Assembly: GCA_002269645.1 (NCBI GenBank)
Contig: NIVC01000841.1
Coordinates: forward strand, 370,946-434,945
Reading direction: 5' to 3'
DNA length: 64,000 nt
From: Macrostomum lignano
Taxonomy: Eukaryota
The notes under the pieces were generated by a model, which worked only from the letters and a program-made list of their open reading frames with translations, made no database searches and was not told the origin of the DNA. The translations under genes were made by a program, and so were the position numbers. Positions 1 through 14,130 of this stretch are shown in pieces; the first letter of the stretch is position 1, and each line of letters begins with the position of its first letter.

Positions 1-150
1 CTATGCTAGCTTATCTATGCTAGCTTATCTATGCTAGCTTATCTATGCTAGCTTATCTATGCTAGCTTATCTATGCTAGCTTATCTATGCTAGCTTATCT
101 ATGCTAGCTTATCTATGCTAGCTTATCTATGCTAGCTTATCTATGCTAGC
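1..150. repeat. 14-bp tandem repeat (CTATGCTAGCTTAT)n, running off the window edge
   Basis: About 10 near-perfect copies, read directly. Confidence 0.95.
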
Positions 151-235
151 TGCTGTGATAGCTTCTATGTGATTGAGTAAACTCACCGTTTTAATTAGTA
201 CAGATTGTACTAATTATAGACAGGCACTAGACAGG

Positions 236-510
236 CACTATACACTAGCTAAGACAGACACTATACACTAGCTAAGACAGACACTATACACTAGCTAAGA
301 CAGACACTATACACTAGCTAAGACAGACACTATACACTAGCTAAGACAGACACTATACACTAGCTAAGACAGACACTATACACTAGCTAAGACAGACACT
401 ATACACTAGCTAAGACAGACACTATACACTAGCTAAGACAGACACTATACACTAGCTAAGACAGACACTATACACTAACTAAAGCAGGCACTATAGACTA
501 TACACTAGCT
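236..510. repeat. 23-bp tandem repeat (ACTATACACTAGCTAAGACAGAC)n
   Basis: About 11 copies, read directly. Confidence 0.95.
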
Positions 511-597
511 AAGACAGGCAGACAGGCAAGCAGACAAGGACACAGAAGCAATAAAGCCTGTATTATATTCTGAGCGATTGTATACTCTACACTTCAG

Positions 598-1875
598 CAT
601 TTGAGGAAGCTTACGAGGGCTGCTTCGAACCATGGTACGGCGATGGCGTGCTAAAATTTCGCAAAAGAAAAATCGACCGTTTCATGTCGCCAAAAAAATG
701 CTACTATTTCTGCGAGTCCTTTAAAGTCTACTCGTACTTCGGCCTAAAGAACGGCTTGGATTGCTATTGCGGCCACAGGATGCACTCGTACGCGAGGGCC
801 TCATCAGATAAATGCCAACTCCCTTGCTCGGGTTATCCGAAAGAACTTTGCGGCGGTGAAGCATCGATGGACGTGTACCAACTGGATAGGATAAGAAGCT
901 ACCTATATGGTAAATTTTTACTGTAAAATAAATATTTTTTCTTAATACTAGCTTAATTAATGCATGTATCTGCAGATTGAGGCAGGACTTCCGGATCTTG
1001 GGGTGGTCATCGGTTTTTTTGCTAGGGTGCCGCGTCTTCGGGAGCGTCATCTTGGGGACGTCATCGTGGGACGTCAACGTGGGGACGTCATCGTGGGGCG
1101 TCATCGTGGGACGTCATCGTGGGACGTCAACGTGGGGACGTCATCGTGGGACGTCATCGTTGGGCTCTAAAACTAGGGGCGCCAAAGCTATTCTAGGGGG
1201 GGGGGTTGCCAATATTTTGTTTGAGTGGTGCCAATGATAATGCAAAATGCTACCCGTTTACTTTGCCAACCAATTAGCCATTCCATTGGCAAGGCCGTTG
1301 ATAAAGTTTTAAGTCCACCTCACTTGAGCTGATGTTTAATCAACACCAATTAATGTTTCCAAGGTGCTAACAGAAATTGACTGCCGACCCTTACCCAAAC
1401 CCAATTGCCATAACCCCATTAACAAAACCAAATCAGTCAAATTAATTGTGGTACACAAGTCACACCGGATGAAATCTTCATTTCAAGTATTTTTGCATCC
1501 TATATTTTAGACTCTAACGAGAAGTCCAGTCTTGAATTCGCCACCACAACTCCCAAGCCCACTCTGCGGCCGCCCAACCCGAATCAGCTGGAGAACTCTC
1601 GTCATGTGGGCTGCTTTAAGCAAAACTTTTGGGAGTATGCGCTAAGTACAAATTTCGGGTTCTACTACAACCTCACTCCGCTGGTTTGCTACAACCTGTG
1701 CTACAAGAGAAGATTCGGATTCTTCGGCGTATCGAGCGGTAACAAATGCTTCTGCGATGTGCGCCTTTATCGGACGCAAATGTCGCGCAGCTGCAACGTG
1801 CCCTGCTATGGAAACGCGAATATTCATTGCGGCGGCTACAACGAAGTTGACGTCTACGCAATCGAGAAAATCTAA
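598..1875 (+). CDS. WSC-domain protein gene 1, last two exons (598-909 and 1511-1875); 5' exons not found, presumably upstream of the window
   Basis: Both exons encode the WSC pattern GC..C..C..FG..G..CYC..C..PC.G..CGG..VY (YEGCF..CYYFC..YFGLKNGLDCYCG..CQLPCSG..CGG..DVY; HVGCF..CFC..CNVPCYG..CGG..DVY). AG at 596-597, GT at 910, AG at 1509-1510, all phase 1; stop at 1873-1875. Confidence 0.85.
1053..1160. repeat. 13-bp tandem repeat (GGGACGTCATCGT)n in a WSC gene intron
   Basis: About 8 copies; explains the spurious ORFs 964-1170 and 977-1237. Confidence 0.9.
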
Positions 1876-2289
1876 ATCTATAATCTATATATACCAAACT
1901 GATATAAACTTACAATCAATAATTGCAGTGAGCCGCGTGTGAACTTGGCAATAAGAACCAAATAATATAAAAGTGAATTAATTAGTAAACGTTTATTTAT
2001 GCGACTTGATTGACAATAGTGGCAGGAGGGCTGTAGGTACCCTAACGGCGTCCTTAGCTGCAAACAGCGCTGCCCATTCCGCCGACTGGATGAAATTGCA
2101 GCGGCCGGTTTGGCTTATTCCTACGTATTTTTCTATTCAAAACGCTTTGAGAACAGAGATTGATAAACAATAAGATTCTTTGTTTTTCCCCAATCGAGAT
2201 AGGAAAGGCTTGCATTAAAACAAATATATCACGTTTCCAGTTTTGTTTTAACTATCAGCTGACAAACTAAAAATTGACAAAGCTGACAA

Positions 2290-2380
2290 ACCCTGTGTGA
2301 GCGTGTGCGCCTGCTCAGGGAAGTCTGCAGAATGGGCAGTAAAGCCTCTCTCCGGTTGTGTGACAATGACGTCTCTTAAT
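2290..2380 (+). mobile_element. SINE fragment (central/3' domain)
   Basis: CCCTGTGTGAGCGTGTGC..CTGCTCAGGG..AATGGGCAG..GTTGTGTGACAA shared with the copies at 14.6, 27.0 and 44.9 kb. Confidence 0.65.
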
Positions 2381-3384
2381 GGCCAAAACAGGCCCACCAG
2401 GTCCACTTCATGTCGCAATGTATTTTTAGCAGTGGGAGCAAATTTATAGTCTATGGCTAATAATGAAGCTGGAGTTTAGGTGATGTGATTCGTCCACTCA
2501 TTAACTGCACATGCCCAACTTGATTGTCTATGGCCAACACGTCTTGGTTCTTCTCTAAGGGGTGAGAAATTGATTGCTTTTTTTGAAATGCGTTTTTGGA
2601 TACTCTGGAATAAAACGACACCAAAGCCGACTTTCTTCGACCTCTAAATGCCGAGATATTTTGCAAATAACGGCGTCCTCGATTTAGGGTAATCGGAGTA
2701 CCTCCATGGTGATCCGGCCTACTTTTAAGGGACTAACGGTGTTTAATGATGGGATCCCTAGAATTTCTATGGCTATAAATGTACAACTGGGATTTCCTGT
2801 CATTAAACGATGGGTCGAGCTGGATCTGGGCTAAAAGCCAGCCGGCCCAATCTTATCAAGCATCGAGACAAGCTTTGGTCCGCAGGCCCTTCTAAGAGAC
2901 GGTGACAGGGCCGACAGTTCCTTCCGCAAGCTCGGAACTACGCAATTAAGTGACTTTCAATGCAATCGAAAATACAATGCTGGGCCCAAGGCGAATCCAA
3001 GCGGGTTGAATGGTCTTCATCGGCAACCGAAAGTTGTGAGAGTGTTTCATAGAGAAGATCATATTTCAAAAGACCTGCAAATGACGGTCACGTCATCCAA
3101 AACATTGCCACTGTGTCCAGATCTGTCTCGGCTGGTTTGGCCCACAGATACTAGAATAACCAGATGAGCCACTCAGGCATATATACTTAGTAAAGCAGCT
3201 TTCTACTTTCAGTTCAGTACCAAAGAAGAATGCATAAGCTATTTTATATAAACCAAGGCAGCTGAAATGACTTTGATAAGTTTAAAAGCCAAAAAAGCTT
3301 GCAGGTGTAAACAACTTGCTAAACTGCTTTCATTTTCTCCACCCTCTCTCCCCCTCTGTGCCTTTCTTCTTAGAAAACATAGTC

Positions 3385-4135
3385 TATGGCCAAAAGCTAT
3401 GATAAGCAGTCTTATTAAACGCACGAGTGGCCCCCACCCATTATCCCGAGTTCGGACCTTCGTCTACCCACCATGGATAAAGGAATAGAAAGGATTGCTC
3501 ATCTGAAAACGAGTCTATGACCAAAACCTACTAAAAATTGGGATATTCCCCCCATGAATTTCATTGGCTGCTGCAATTTAATAATAGAACGCGAAATACT
3601 GTGCTGTGCGACAAACATTTGTCTCCAGACTCAAACTCGTTGTTTTCTCAAGGGTCTTTCGCAATGGAAAAAGAAAAAAACAGTACCCATTGTAAAAAAT
3701 TACTATGCAATACCCAGCTTCGCCGCAGTTTGCAGCTTCAATCCCACCCCAAGTTCCGCCCAACAAGTTGTCTTGTTTCTTAACTTTTGCAGCAATTTGT
3801 TATTTGTTTCAATCACTGCCTCCTTTCTTTCAAACTAACTGCTGGTCTATCAAGACTCAAGAGGCAAAATTTGTTTACCACGCAAAAGAGCGCAAATGTA
3901 ATGTCAGGCCATGTTACTTGTATGTCTTTAAAATAATTCATTCTTTTCCTGTACAAGCTTCAGCCAGTAAGAACTTAGGGGGGGGGACTTATTATTAAAT
4001 TGCAGCAGCCAATGAAATTCATGAGGGGGGGAATATCCCAATTGTTAGTAGGTTTTGGTCATAGACTCGTTTTCAGATGAGCAATCCTTTCTATTCCTTC
4101 ATCAATGCTACCCACCCATTCTGGGCCATAGACAA
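3385..4135. mobile_element. MITE-like non-autonomous DNA element with long inverted repeats
   Basis: About 3470-3582 is the near-exact reverse complement of about 3990-4105; ends carry GTCTATGGCC / GGCCATAGAC. Confidence 0.7.
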
Positions 4136-4646
4136 TGAAAAGCAAGTCTTGAATAGCTTGATTCTTCCGCTAAGAATAGAGAAATTGGGCTAATCTGACT
4201 TTTTAAATGCTATATTATACAGAATCACTATAGTAGTTGAACCTTTTTCCTACAAAAAAGCAAGGAATTCGACAGCGTAGTCGGAGAAGCAATTGCTGCA
4301 GTATCGATTTGTGCTGTGAGGCGCATAATCGCTATTGAAAACAACTCAATAAAGCAAGTTGATCTCGTCATGTATAAATGAGTCAGTCAATACTTTCCTG
4401 TGCAACCGCTGCTCCAACTTGGTACCATAACGTGACTGCCTGCTATTGGGCAAAAGCCACCTTGTCTTCTACTCTCCACTCAGAGCAGCAAAAGAAATTG
4501 TTGCTAGCAATAATTTTATGCTTGCTTCTGCACTGGCAGCACTGGTACTTGCTTTGGTCTTTTCCTGCATTGAAAACTGTTCTGCCTGTTTCAGCCATTA
4601 AACAGACGGATATATTATAAGTGGTGAGTTTTTCCTGCACTATATG

Positions 4647-5343
<697 letters not shown>

Positions 5344-5414
5344 TTCTTTCCATCTGCTGTATCGTGAGTAGTAATTCTCATTTCAGACCGGCATCACTAG
5401 GGCGATTAAAAAAC

Positions 5415-6672
5415 ATGTCTTCATCAATCAGGTCGGAGCTCGTTCTCTCAATTGTCTTTGTCTGCTTGACGATTCAAATTTCCATCGCAGCATCGGCCAG
5501 TGAGCAGCCTAAAAAGGATATGTGTGAGTCCTCCCTGTGTTTTAAAATGTTTTCAACTTTACAATAAATTTCCCCGATCCTAATTGGGTACCTGTAACGA
5601 TGATGAACCCCGACAGTCGACGAGCTGACATTCAGCGGTTGCTATACCGACACGGCGCAACGACCAACTATCGAGGGCCGCAAAGAGATCAACGCAAAGG
5701 GCATGTCTCGAACCAAGTGCTTAAACGCCTGCGCTAAACGTGGCTACAAACTGTTTGGCCTGAAGTCCGGCTCGGAGTGCTACTGCGGCAACAATCTGAT
5801 GCACTCCAGCCTGGCTGACGCCGGCAAGTGCTCTCTGCCCTGTCCAGGCGACAAGTCCCAGCAGTGCGGCGGGAAGTCGGAAATGTCCGTCTACAAAATC
5901 AATGACGTCACCTTTTTTGACAAGCTGACCACTGAAGGTTGGTTACTGCAGCGCGGGTAGACGGCACTATTTAGGCTGAAATTCTTGAAGGGCAGTCCGC
6001 GTACGGCTGTTCAGTCCAAGGACTGGGGGGTCGCCACACACCCCCTCAATTACCCCAGCTGATGCTGGCACCCATTTCACAGCTGGGTGAACTGAATTGC
6101 AATGCAGAGTTAAGTGTCTTGCTCAACGACACCTTTCAATCTTTAAGTCCGCGCTCTAACTACTATAGGCTACAACCCCCTAATCATCAGGCAGATACAC
6201 TCTCTGGAGGGTTGACCCTCGTGGGGTTTAGTTCTGTATATGGACGATAAAAGGTGGGAGTGTGTCTATACGTATGCTATCCATAAGCCTGTATGGTCCG
6301 TGTCAGTGAAATTGGAACTCGTACTACAATCCTCAGTCACCGCTGCGGCATTCTACGGCTGCTACAAAGACGACGACAACAAACAGTCTGTCCTACTAGA
6401 CGTTATCGAGAAGAAGGACAACGCTCTGTCTAGCGAGATCTGTCGCAGATTCTGCTCCCAGAAGCAGATGAAATTCTACGGCATGAAGGCTGGCAATCTC
6501 TGCTATTGCGGTAGCGCCCTACGCAAGCAGGCCGCTACCGAGGACGGCATGTGTGGCCTCCTGTGCCTGGGCAACCGAGCCGAGACATGTGGCGGCAAGA
6601 AGCACACGGAAATCTATCAGATCCTGCGCATTGGCAACTTTCAATTGCCCAAACCGCCGCACTTGACCGATG
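5415..6672 (+). CDS. WSC-domain protein gene 2: signal peptide + 2 WSC (exons 5415-5523, 5617-5937, 6337-6672; possible last exon 7483-7529)
   Basis: MSSSIRSELVLSIVFVCLTIQISIAA signal-like N-terminus; FSGCYTD..CLNAC..FGLKSGSECYCG..CSLPCPG..CGG..SVY and FYGCYKD..CRRFC..YGMKAGNLCYCG..CGLLCLG..CGG..EIY. All introns are GT-AG phase 1. The candidate terminal exon (DTKDSSETWLTKEED*) is uncertain. Confidence 0.88.
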
Positions 6673-6721
6673 GTGAGTCTCCTACTGCTATTAACAACTT
6701 TTTTATCAAGTGTTGATACCA

Positions 6722-7925
6722 AGGACTACTCAAGTAGAAGGACGGGAATTTACATTTCTTAGAAAATGTTTATGGGGCTGTTTTTTTGCCAAAGAATACA
6801 CTACGAAGATAGGAAGTTTTTAATTTTTCAGCACAAAAATTAGTATTACTTTCGATAGGAGGCAGATCCAGTGTTCATCTTTTGATATGTTGTGCCTTTC
6901 TTATGGTTCTATTGATATTTATAAAGCTTTTTGTTCAAAGAATTAGGACTCTACGTCAAATTTCTATTCTACGTACAATTGCATGTCATGTACCTAAAAC
7001 CATTAAAATGGCACAGCTCGGCTCATGGGTTTTAGAAATCTAATTTAGTTCGTATCATTCTTAGCTGACTGTGTAACAAAATGTGTAACAGAAATGATAA
7101 AATAGATTCATGAATCCAAAGAGTCAAGATGTACCATGCAGTATTATGATTTTTAGGTACAGGAAATGTACGTAGAATAAAAAATTGACATGGAAATCTA
7201 ATTTTCTAAAAGGAAAAGATTTATGAATATCAATATATCAAGAGCTATAGGAAAGGCAAAAAATATCAAAAGATGAACATGGGGTCTGCCTCCAATCGAA
7301 AGCAATAACAATTTTAATTAGGAAAAAGCAGTGTTGGTCCGATACCAAAATTTGAGTATCGCGCGATACTTTATTCCGATACTTGGTCCGATACCCGATA
7401 CATCATTTTTTCGTGTTTTCTCACTTTTCTGCATCTATCAAGCCAAAATTGAAGAAAAAGCTCTTAGCTACTTAATTTTTAGACACTAAAGACTCTAGTG
7501 AGACGTGGCTGACCAAAGAAGAAGATTAAATGGGCAAAATATTGTTATAAATTTGCTATAAATGTTATAAATATGCTGATTGCCCCGGAGAAGTACCAGC
7601 CTCATCATGGGGGTCGAATGGGCCAGTCGAGCGCGCTTAGCACGGAGAACTTTCATTATATTTTTATATTAGAATTTGCACCTACCTAGTACATTAAGAT
7701 GAAAAGATTACATGATACAAAAATAAAAAATAATGCTCATGATATATAAAAACTCCAACTCATTAATTAGAAATTAGATGTTACTTGACTTTCACTAAAT
7801 TAAATTTATGAACAATTTAGAAAATTTAGAAAAGATTATCTCCGTAGTGTATTTTGGCGAAAACCAGCCTCATAAACCTTTTCTAAGAAATGTAAATTCC
7901 CATCCTTCTACTTGAGTATGTCTAA
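6722..7925. mobile_element. Diverged foldback element; right arm interrupted by about 490 bp (about 7325-7810) that contains a hAT-like end (CAGTGTTGG, CCGATAC repeats) at about 7330
   Basis: About 6838-7030 pairs with about 7105-7320, and about 6722-6815 pairs with about 7830-7925 (CTCAAGTAGAAGGAYGGGAATTTACATTTCTTAGAAAA on both arms). Confidence 0.7.
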
Positions 7926-8230
7926 AAGTTATAAACCGATATAAATTTTTACAAGGGCCGTCCCAGAAGTAGTATTACTTTTGATTTATATATCTCGTTC
8001 TGATAATGCAAACATCATCATTTCTAACAGTATGCACAATTTTTGACACAGCAAAAGGAGAGAACAAGAAGCAATGAAGCTGAAGCCCAGTTGGGAAATG
8101 TTCTGCTGCTTCGAAAGTTTTTTTGTTTCTTCAAGTTTTTGCATAGTTGTCTCTTTCTCACTGCATCCTAGCAAAGAAGTCTGAGTGCAGTTAATCAAAA
8201 GTACTTTCTCTACTTTCCACAAGCTTGTTG

Positions 8231-8547
8231 GAGTCACCATCAAATAACCCGAAAAATCACAACTCCGAAAACCAAAATAGCATTGCCCATCATAAACCCG
8301 AAATATCACAAAGCCGAAATATCATAAATCCGAAAACTAAAATAGTGTTGGACATTGCTAGAACTTTCGGAGTTATGATATTTCGGGTTTATCATGGGCA
8401 ATGCTATTTTTGTTTTCGGAGTTATGATATTTCGGGTTTGTGATTTTCGGGTTTATGATGGGCGTTGCTATTTTGTTTTTCGGAGTTGTGATTTTTCGGG
8501 TCTATGATATTTCGGGTTTGTGATATTTCGGGTTTATGATGGAAAGC
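8231..8547. mobile_element. Palindromic MITE (CCATCA..CCCGAAA subrepeats) flanked by the 8-bp direct repeat GCTTGTTG
   Basis: GCTTGTTG at 8223-8230 and 8548-8555; internal inverted CCCGAAATATCA/TGATATTTCGGG units. Confidence 0.7.
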
Positions 8548-8834
8548 GCTTGTTGACTTACTGCAAGTCTATCGTCGAGTTCCTGCTAAGTTTTTGTTCA
8601 AAACTTTTGTTTCCCTTGTTCAAAATGTCTATGGTCATTTACGTTAGGGCAATGACATTCAAGCAATGACCAGTCATTGTTTGAAATTGACAATAAAACA
8701 ATTTACTGGGATATCATTTTTGAAAACAAACGAGTCTATGAGCGTAAAATAAAATAGTCTATGGTTGTAAGTGGGGTCTTCACCCCCACACCCCATTCCC
8801 TCTTCCCACTCGGATCCTGATGGACAAATTGACC

Positions 8835-9150
8835 AATGAAGTTAGCTGGAAGTGAGAATTCATTGTAATGGCCATAGACATGAGCGGCTATCGCCGCTAT
8901 CGCCGAATTCATGGTAATGGAGGGTTAGCTGGAAGTGAGAATTCATGGTAATGGCCATAGACACGATCGGTGATAGCGACGATAGCCGCTCGTGTCTATG
9001 GCCATTACCATGAATTCGGCGATAGCGACGATAGCCGCTCGTGTCTATGGCCATTACCATGAATTCGGCGATAGCGGCGATAGCCGCTCATGTCTATGGC
9101 CATTACCATGAATTCGGTGATAGCGGCGATAGCCGCTCATGTCTATTGCC
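8835..9150. repeat. Complex direct/inverted repeat built on GGCCATAGAC..GCTATCGCC..GAATTCATGGTAATGG
   Basis: Several copies in both orientations, read directly. Confidence 0.8.
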
Positions 9151-9805
9151 ATTGTCTGTTTAAAAAGATTTTTTAAATTTCATATGAAGAAGAGAGTTGC
9201 TGCTATAATTATGTGCAAAATAATGTTACTTGGATCATCAGAACGGGAATTACAATCAAAAGTAACACCACTTTTGGGACAGCACTCGTATATTACGTAT
9301 ATTTTATCAAAGTCAGTGAACTTTTGAAACCATTAAAAAACAACGCACTGGATGCAAATGCTCCAGTACTGCACTGTCATGGTTACTTATTGGTTATTTG
9401 ATTATTTTGATCATTAGTATACTATGAGTTTTATATCAATACTAGCTAAACTCGTAATTATAGACGTCCAACAAACAACCATCAATCTATAATTTCAATT
9501 TGCAGAACTGTAAGCATTGGAAGAAGCGCTTGATCGTTAATACTCGTAATTGCTTGTTGTTATCAATTTTTTCGCCGACTGGCCATTTGGAGATGACCAT
9601 TGGAGATGAACCATTTGAAACAAAAAAGTATAACTACTGGCTAACTCTTTGAGCAAATATATGCATTCTGAAATCATTCTTTAACGAAAAATCTGATTGT
9701 TCTTAACAGAAAAAATGATTTTTTTTATGCTGCTTGTTCTGATAGCACAGCGCGGATGATGGAGCCTGCTGCCTGCGATTGCCGACCAATATGGACCAGG
9801 ACGGC

Positions 9806-10157
9806 ACTGTGATACAGTGATGCCACACAGTGATACAGTGATGCCACACAGTGATACAGTGATGCCACACAGTGATACAGTGATGCCACACAGTGATACA
9901 GTGATGCCACACAGTGATACAGTGATGCCACACAGTGATACAGTGATGCAACACAGTGATACAGTGATGCCACACAGTGATACAGTGATGCCACACAGTG
10001 ATACAGTGATGCCACACAGTGAGACAGTGATGCCACACAGTGATACAGTGATGCCACACAGTGAGACAGTGATGCAACACAGTGAGACAGTGATGCCACA
10101 CAGTGATACAGTGATGCCACACAGTGATACAGTGATGCCACACAGTGATACAGTGAT
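9806..10157. repeat. 21-bp tandem repeat (GTGATGCCACACAGTGATACA)n
   Basis: About 16 copies. Confidence 0.97.
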
Positions 10158-10413
10158 TAAACGTAACGATTTTATGGGCTATTGAAACAACCTTGATAAA
10201 AACTAGTCTTTCATAGCTTCATGTCAGGTAAAAATTAAGTAAAAAATACTGGCATTTTGTAAAAGTTTTGCCGAACTCGGTGTTCAATTATTTTAAACGT
10301 TTATTTTAAACACCCCAAGGATGTCAGACTCCTCGTCATTAAATGTTGAAACTGTTTAACAGTTTGTTAAAACTGCCAATTAGAAATCTGATAAGACGAA
10401 CCAGATAGATAAG

Positions 10414-12881
10414 CTACTTAGTAATTTCATAAACCTCAGTGCTGCGCACTCCGCCGCAGGTTTCCGACTTCTTACCCGAACACGGCAGGTTGCAGTTTTT
10501 CGCCCACTGGTACTTCTTGATTTGCTGACCACACTGACAAATGTTGCCATCTAGCAGGCCAAAGTACACAAATCGCTTACTGAAGCAGGAGTCGAGGCAA
10601 TATTTTTTGGTTAAATCGTAAGGTTTGTAGTCGAAGGTGTCCAGCAGCTGTTCACGCTTCAGCGCCTTGTAGCAGCCAAGGAATTTGGTGTTGGGCAGCG
10701 GCGGAGGCCAAGGCATGACGCCTGATGGAAAGCAGTTGCGACAGTGTAAAATAGCTCACTCGCGGGAGAATCATTCTTGTGCGAATAAATTATCAATCAT
10801 TTTGTTTTCTCCAACACTTCACATCTCCGACACTTCACATCTCCGATACCTCACATCTCCGACACTTCATATCTCCGACACTTCATATCTCCGACTCTTC
10901 ATATCTCCGACACTTCATATCTCCGACACTTCACATCTCCGACACTTCACATCTCCGATGCCTCACATCTCCGACACTTCATATCTCCGACACTTCACAT
11001 CTCCGACACTTCATATCTACGACACCTCACGTCTCCGACACTTCACATCTCCGACACTTCACATCTCCGACACTTCACATCTCCGACACCTCACATCTCC
11101 GACACTTCACATCTCCGACACTTCACATCTCCGACACTTCACATCTCCGACACTTCACATCTCCGATACCTCACATCTCCGACACTTCATATCTCCGACA
11201 CTTCATATCTACGACACCTCACGTCTCCTACACTTCACATCTCCGACACTTCACATCTCCGACACTTCACATCTCCGACACTTCACATCTCCGACATTTC
11301 ATCTCTCTGACACGCAAAATTCTAACCCAAAGTCAAACTCTAACCTTGTCTTAATTACTATTATGTCTGGATGCTTTCTTTCAGATTTAAAATCATTAAT
11401 TTTTTATTGGACAATATTTTATTGAAAAAATACACCCTCTTCTATGCCGTACTCCCATCATTCCATCCGCGCTCATTTGTAGCGGCGGGTTACCATACAA
11501 CAGCCCTGACTTTCAAATCGTCAAGAAATGTACGCTCTCAGTGCCTTGGGGGTCGGCCCTCGTAAATATGAATTGCACAACAATTTTAGAGTGGTCAATT
11601 TCGTGTACAAGCCCCCAAATGAAGATGAACGCTCATGAAATCAAGCCAGAGTTGAAAAGTGTTTCGAAATCAATCGCAAATTTACTTACCGTTAACAATG
11701 ACTCTACTGATGTCGTAGACCATCGTGTAATTGGGGCCTCCGCAACTATCTGACGGTTGGCCAACGCATGGAGTCTGGCAATATTTCGCATCCTCCCTAG
11801 CATTGTGCAGCAGGGCTTGACCGCAGTGGCAGATCCTTCCGTTTCTCAGACCGAACAGTGGGAAGAATCTCAATTTGCAAAATCGGTAGCAAATTGCGGG
11901 GCTCATAAGTTCGACCACTCTTACTCGCGCAACTCCGAGTGCCGGAAGCGACATCGAATGTTTGTAGCAGCCTGTTTTAGCTTGGCTAAAGTCTGGCGTT
12001 TTGGAATTTTAGAGTTCGTTTTAACATGGTTTTAAAATAACCATTCATCATATTGCATGTACGAACGAACAAATTCGTGTACTTAATGGATATGACCACA
12101 AATTCAAGTTGATAAACGATTAATCAAGCGGGTAACTACATTAATAATAAAATGGGACCTAGTGTTTCTATCATAGTAAAGAGCCTTAAACAGCTGATTT
12201 GGCTTGCAGTCTGTGGGAGAGTGCAGTTCTGTGGCAGTGGCTTTGATCGGCTTTATTGTCTATGGCCGAGTGCAGTTCTGTGGCAGTGGCTTTGATCGGC
12301 TTTATTGTCTATGGCCGAGTGCAGTTCTGTGTCAGTGGCTTTGATTGGCTTTATTGTCTATGGCCGAGAGCAGTTCTGTGGTAGTGGCTTTGATTGGCTT
12401 TATTGTCTATGGCCGAGTGCAGTTCTGTGGCAGTGGCTTTGATTGGCTTTATTGTCTATGGCCGAGTGCAGTTCTTTGGCAGTGGCTTTGATTGGCTTTA
12501 TTGTCTATGGTCGAGTGCAGTTCTGTGGCAGTGGCTTTGATTGGCTTTATTGTCTATGGCCGAGTGCAGCTCTGTAGCAGTGGCTTTGATTGGCTTTATT
12601 CTCTATGGCCGAGAGCAGTTCTGTGGCAGTGGCTTTGATTGGCTTTATTGTCTATGGCCGAGTGCAGTTCTGTGGCAGTGGCTTTGATTGGCTTTATTGT
12701 CTATGGCCGAGTGCAGTTCTGTGGCAGTGCATGGCCGCTGTTACAGCCAATGGGGAGTTCCAACTATAAAAATTCTATCAGCTATCACTAGCTATGAAAA
12801 CTTTGACCACTCACCTGCGCTCGCTTGGACAGAAGCGAGCAGAAAACCAACTAGAAGCAAACTCTTTACAACCAGCTTCAT
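10414..12881 (-). CDS. WSC-domain protein gene 4: signal peptide + 2 WSC, about 225 aa (exons 12881-12815, 11992-11690, 10721-10414)
   Basis: MKLVVKSLLLVGFLLASVQASA signal peptide then GTGAGT donor; KTGCYK..CYRFC..FGLRNGRICHCG..CQTPCVG..CGG..MVY; FLGCYK..CLDSC..YFGLLDGNICQCG..CNLPCSG..CGG..EVY*. Both introns phase 1; CDS totals 678 nt. Confidence 0.9.
10815..11297. repeat. 16-bp tandem repeat (CACTTCACATCTCCGA)n in a WSC gene 4 intron
   Basis: About 30 copies. Confidence 0.97.
12218..12730. repeat. 49-bp tandem repeat (GAGTGCAGTTCTGTGGCAGTGGCTTTGATTGGCTTTATTGTCTATGGCC)n in WSC gene 4 intron 1
   Basis: About 10 copies. Confidence 0.97.
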
Positions 12882-13439
12882 TTTTCTTGTTGTTTCTAGT
12901 AGCAATAAAACTATTGTTGCTAATTACGTACTGTATAATAACTCCAAAGTTAAGGATTAGAGAAAAAGTTTTTTTTTGATTTAAATAGATTTGCCAACTT
13001 GCATAATTAGCATTCCAGAAAGAACTTCGTGTTTTCAGAAAATGTTTTAGAAGAAGTTCATTTCATTTCATTTATTCTCAAAGAATTGTTAAGAAAATCG
13101 AACTAGTTATTTTTCGATGTTTAACCACCCAGAAACTGAAAATTAAATTCCAATAGTAAAAAGAAATAATGTTCATTTAATTTTCAAACCAATTTAATTT
13201 TGTTTTGAATTGCCTAAAATAAAAACTGCATGTTATGTATGTCAGACACTTGATGAATGACTCGTAATTTAGAAGTTTTTTTGTTAGAAAATCGTTTGCA
13301 TTGTAACTTTTTACGAGTACGCTCGTATGTGACTCAAATCAATTTGGTAAAACTAGTAGCGCTTTCAAATAAATAATTTTTTTATTTTTAAACTTTTTTC
13401 ACGCATTTCTTTGCAGCCAATCAGCAGTCACAGGGACAA

Positions 13440-13975
13440 ATGGCGCCCCCTCTGTAGCTGGCGCCCCCTCTGTAGCTGGCGCCCCCTCTGTAGCTGGCGC
13501 CCCCTCTGTAGCTGGCGCCCCCTCTGTAGCTGGCGCCCCCTCTGTAGCTGGCATCCCCTCTGTAACTGGCGCCCCCTCTGTAGCTGGCGCCCCCTCTGTA
13601 GCTGGCATCCCCTCTGTAACTGGCGCCCCCTCTGTAGCTGGCGCCCCCTCTGTAGCTGGCGCCCCCTCTGTAGCTGGCGCCCCCTCTGTAGCTGGCGCCC
13701 CCTCTGTAGCTGGCGCCTCCTCTGTAGCTGGCGCCCCCCCTGTAGCTGGCGCCCTCTCTGTAGCTGGCGCCCCCTCTGTAGCTGGCGCCCCCTCTGTAGC
13801 TGGCGCCCCCTATGTAGCTGGCGCCCCCTCTGTAGCTGGCGCCCCCTCTGTAGCTGGCGCCCCCTCTGTAGCTGGTGCCCCCTCTGTAGCTGGTGCCCCC
13901 TCTGTAGCTGGCGCCCCCTCTGTAGCTGGCGCCCCCTCTGTAGCTGGCGCCCCCTCTGTAGCTGGCGCCTCCTCC
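13440..13975. repeat. 18-bp GC-rich tandem repeat (TGGCGCCCCCTCTGTAGC)n
   Basis: About 29 copies. Confidence 0.97.
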
Positions 13976-14130
13976 GTTGCTCTTGTCAAAAAACAGACTG
14001 TTCATGGTGGTTTATTAGCACCAAAAATCAATTGTTTATTTAAACAATAAAAAGACGAAGTTACGAGATTTAAAGCAACATTCCGGGTATCAGAGTTCGG
14101 TGCTGACAATTGATAGCTAAAATACTATAC

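Noticed and set aside
2600-3100. Possible DIRS-like RT remnant on the - strand (PFNPLGFALGP..VVPSLRK..IEILGI)
   Set aside because: Only a loose resemblance, with several stops and no intact YxDD; needs a profile search
9703-14043. Repetitive ORFs over 9.7-10.2, 10.7-11.4 and 13.4-14.0 kb, and similarly at 20.7-21.3, 30.4-31.4, 33.0-33.6, 36.9-37.6 and 62.2-62.7 kb
   Set aside because: Stop-free frames of tandem repeats lying mostly in introns; open on several frames and strands, with no splice support
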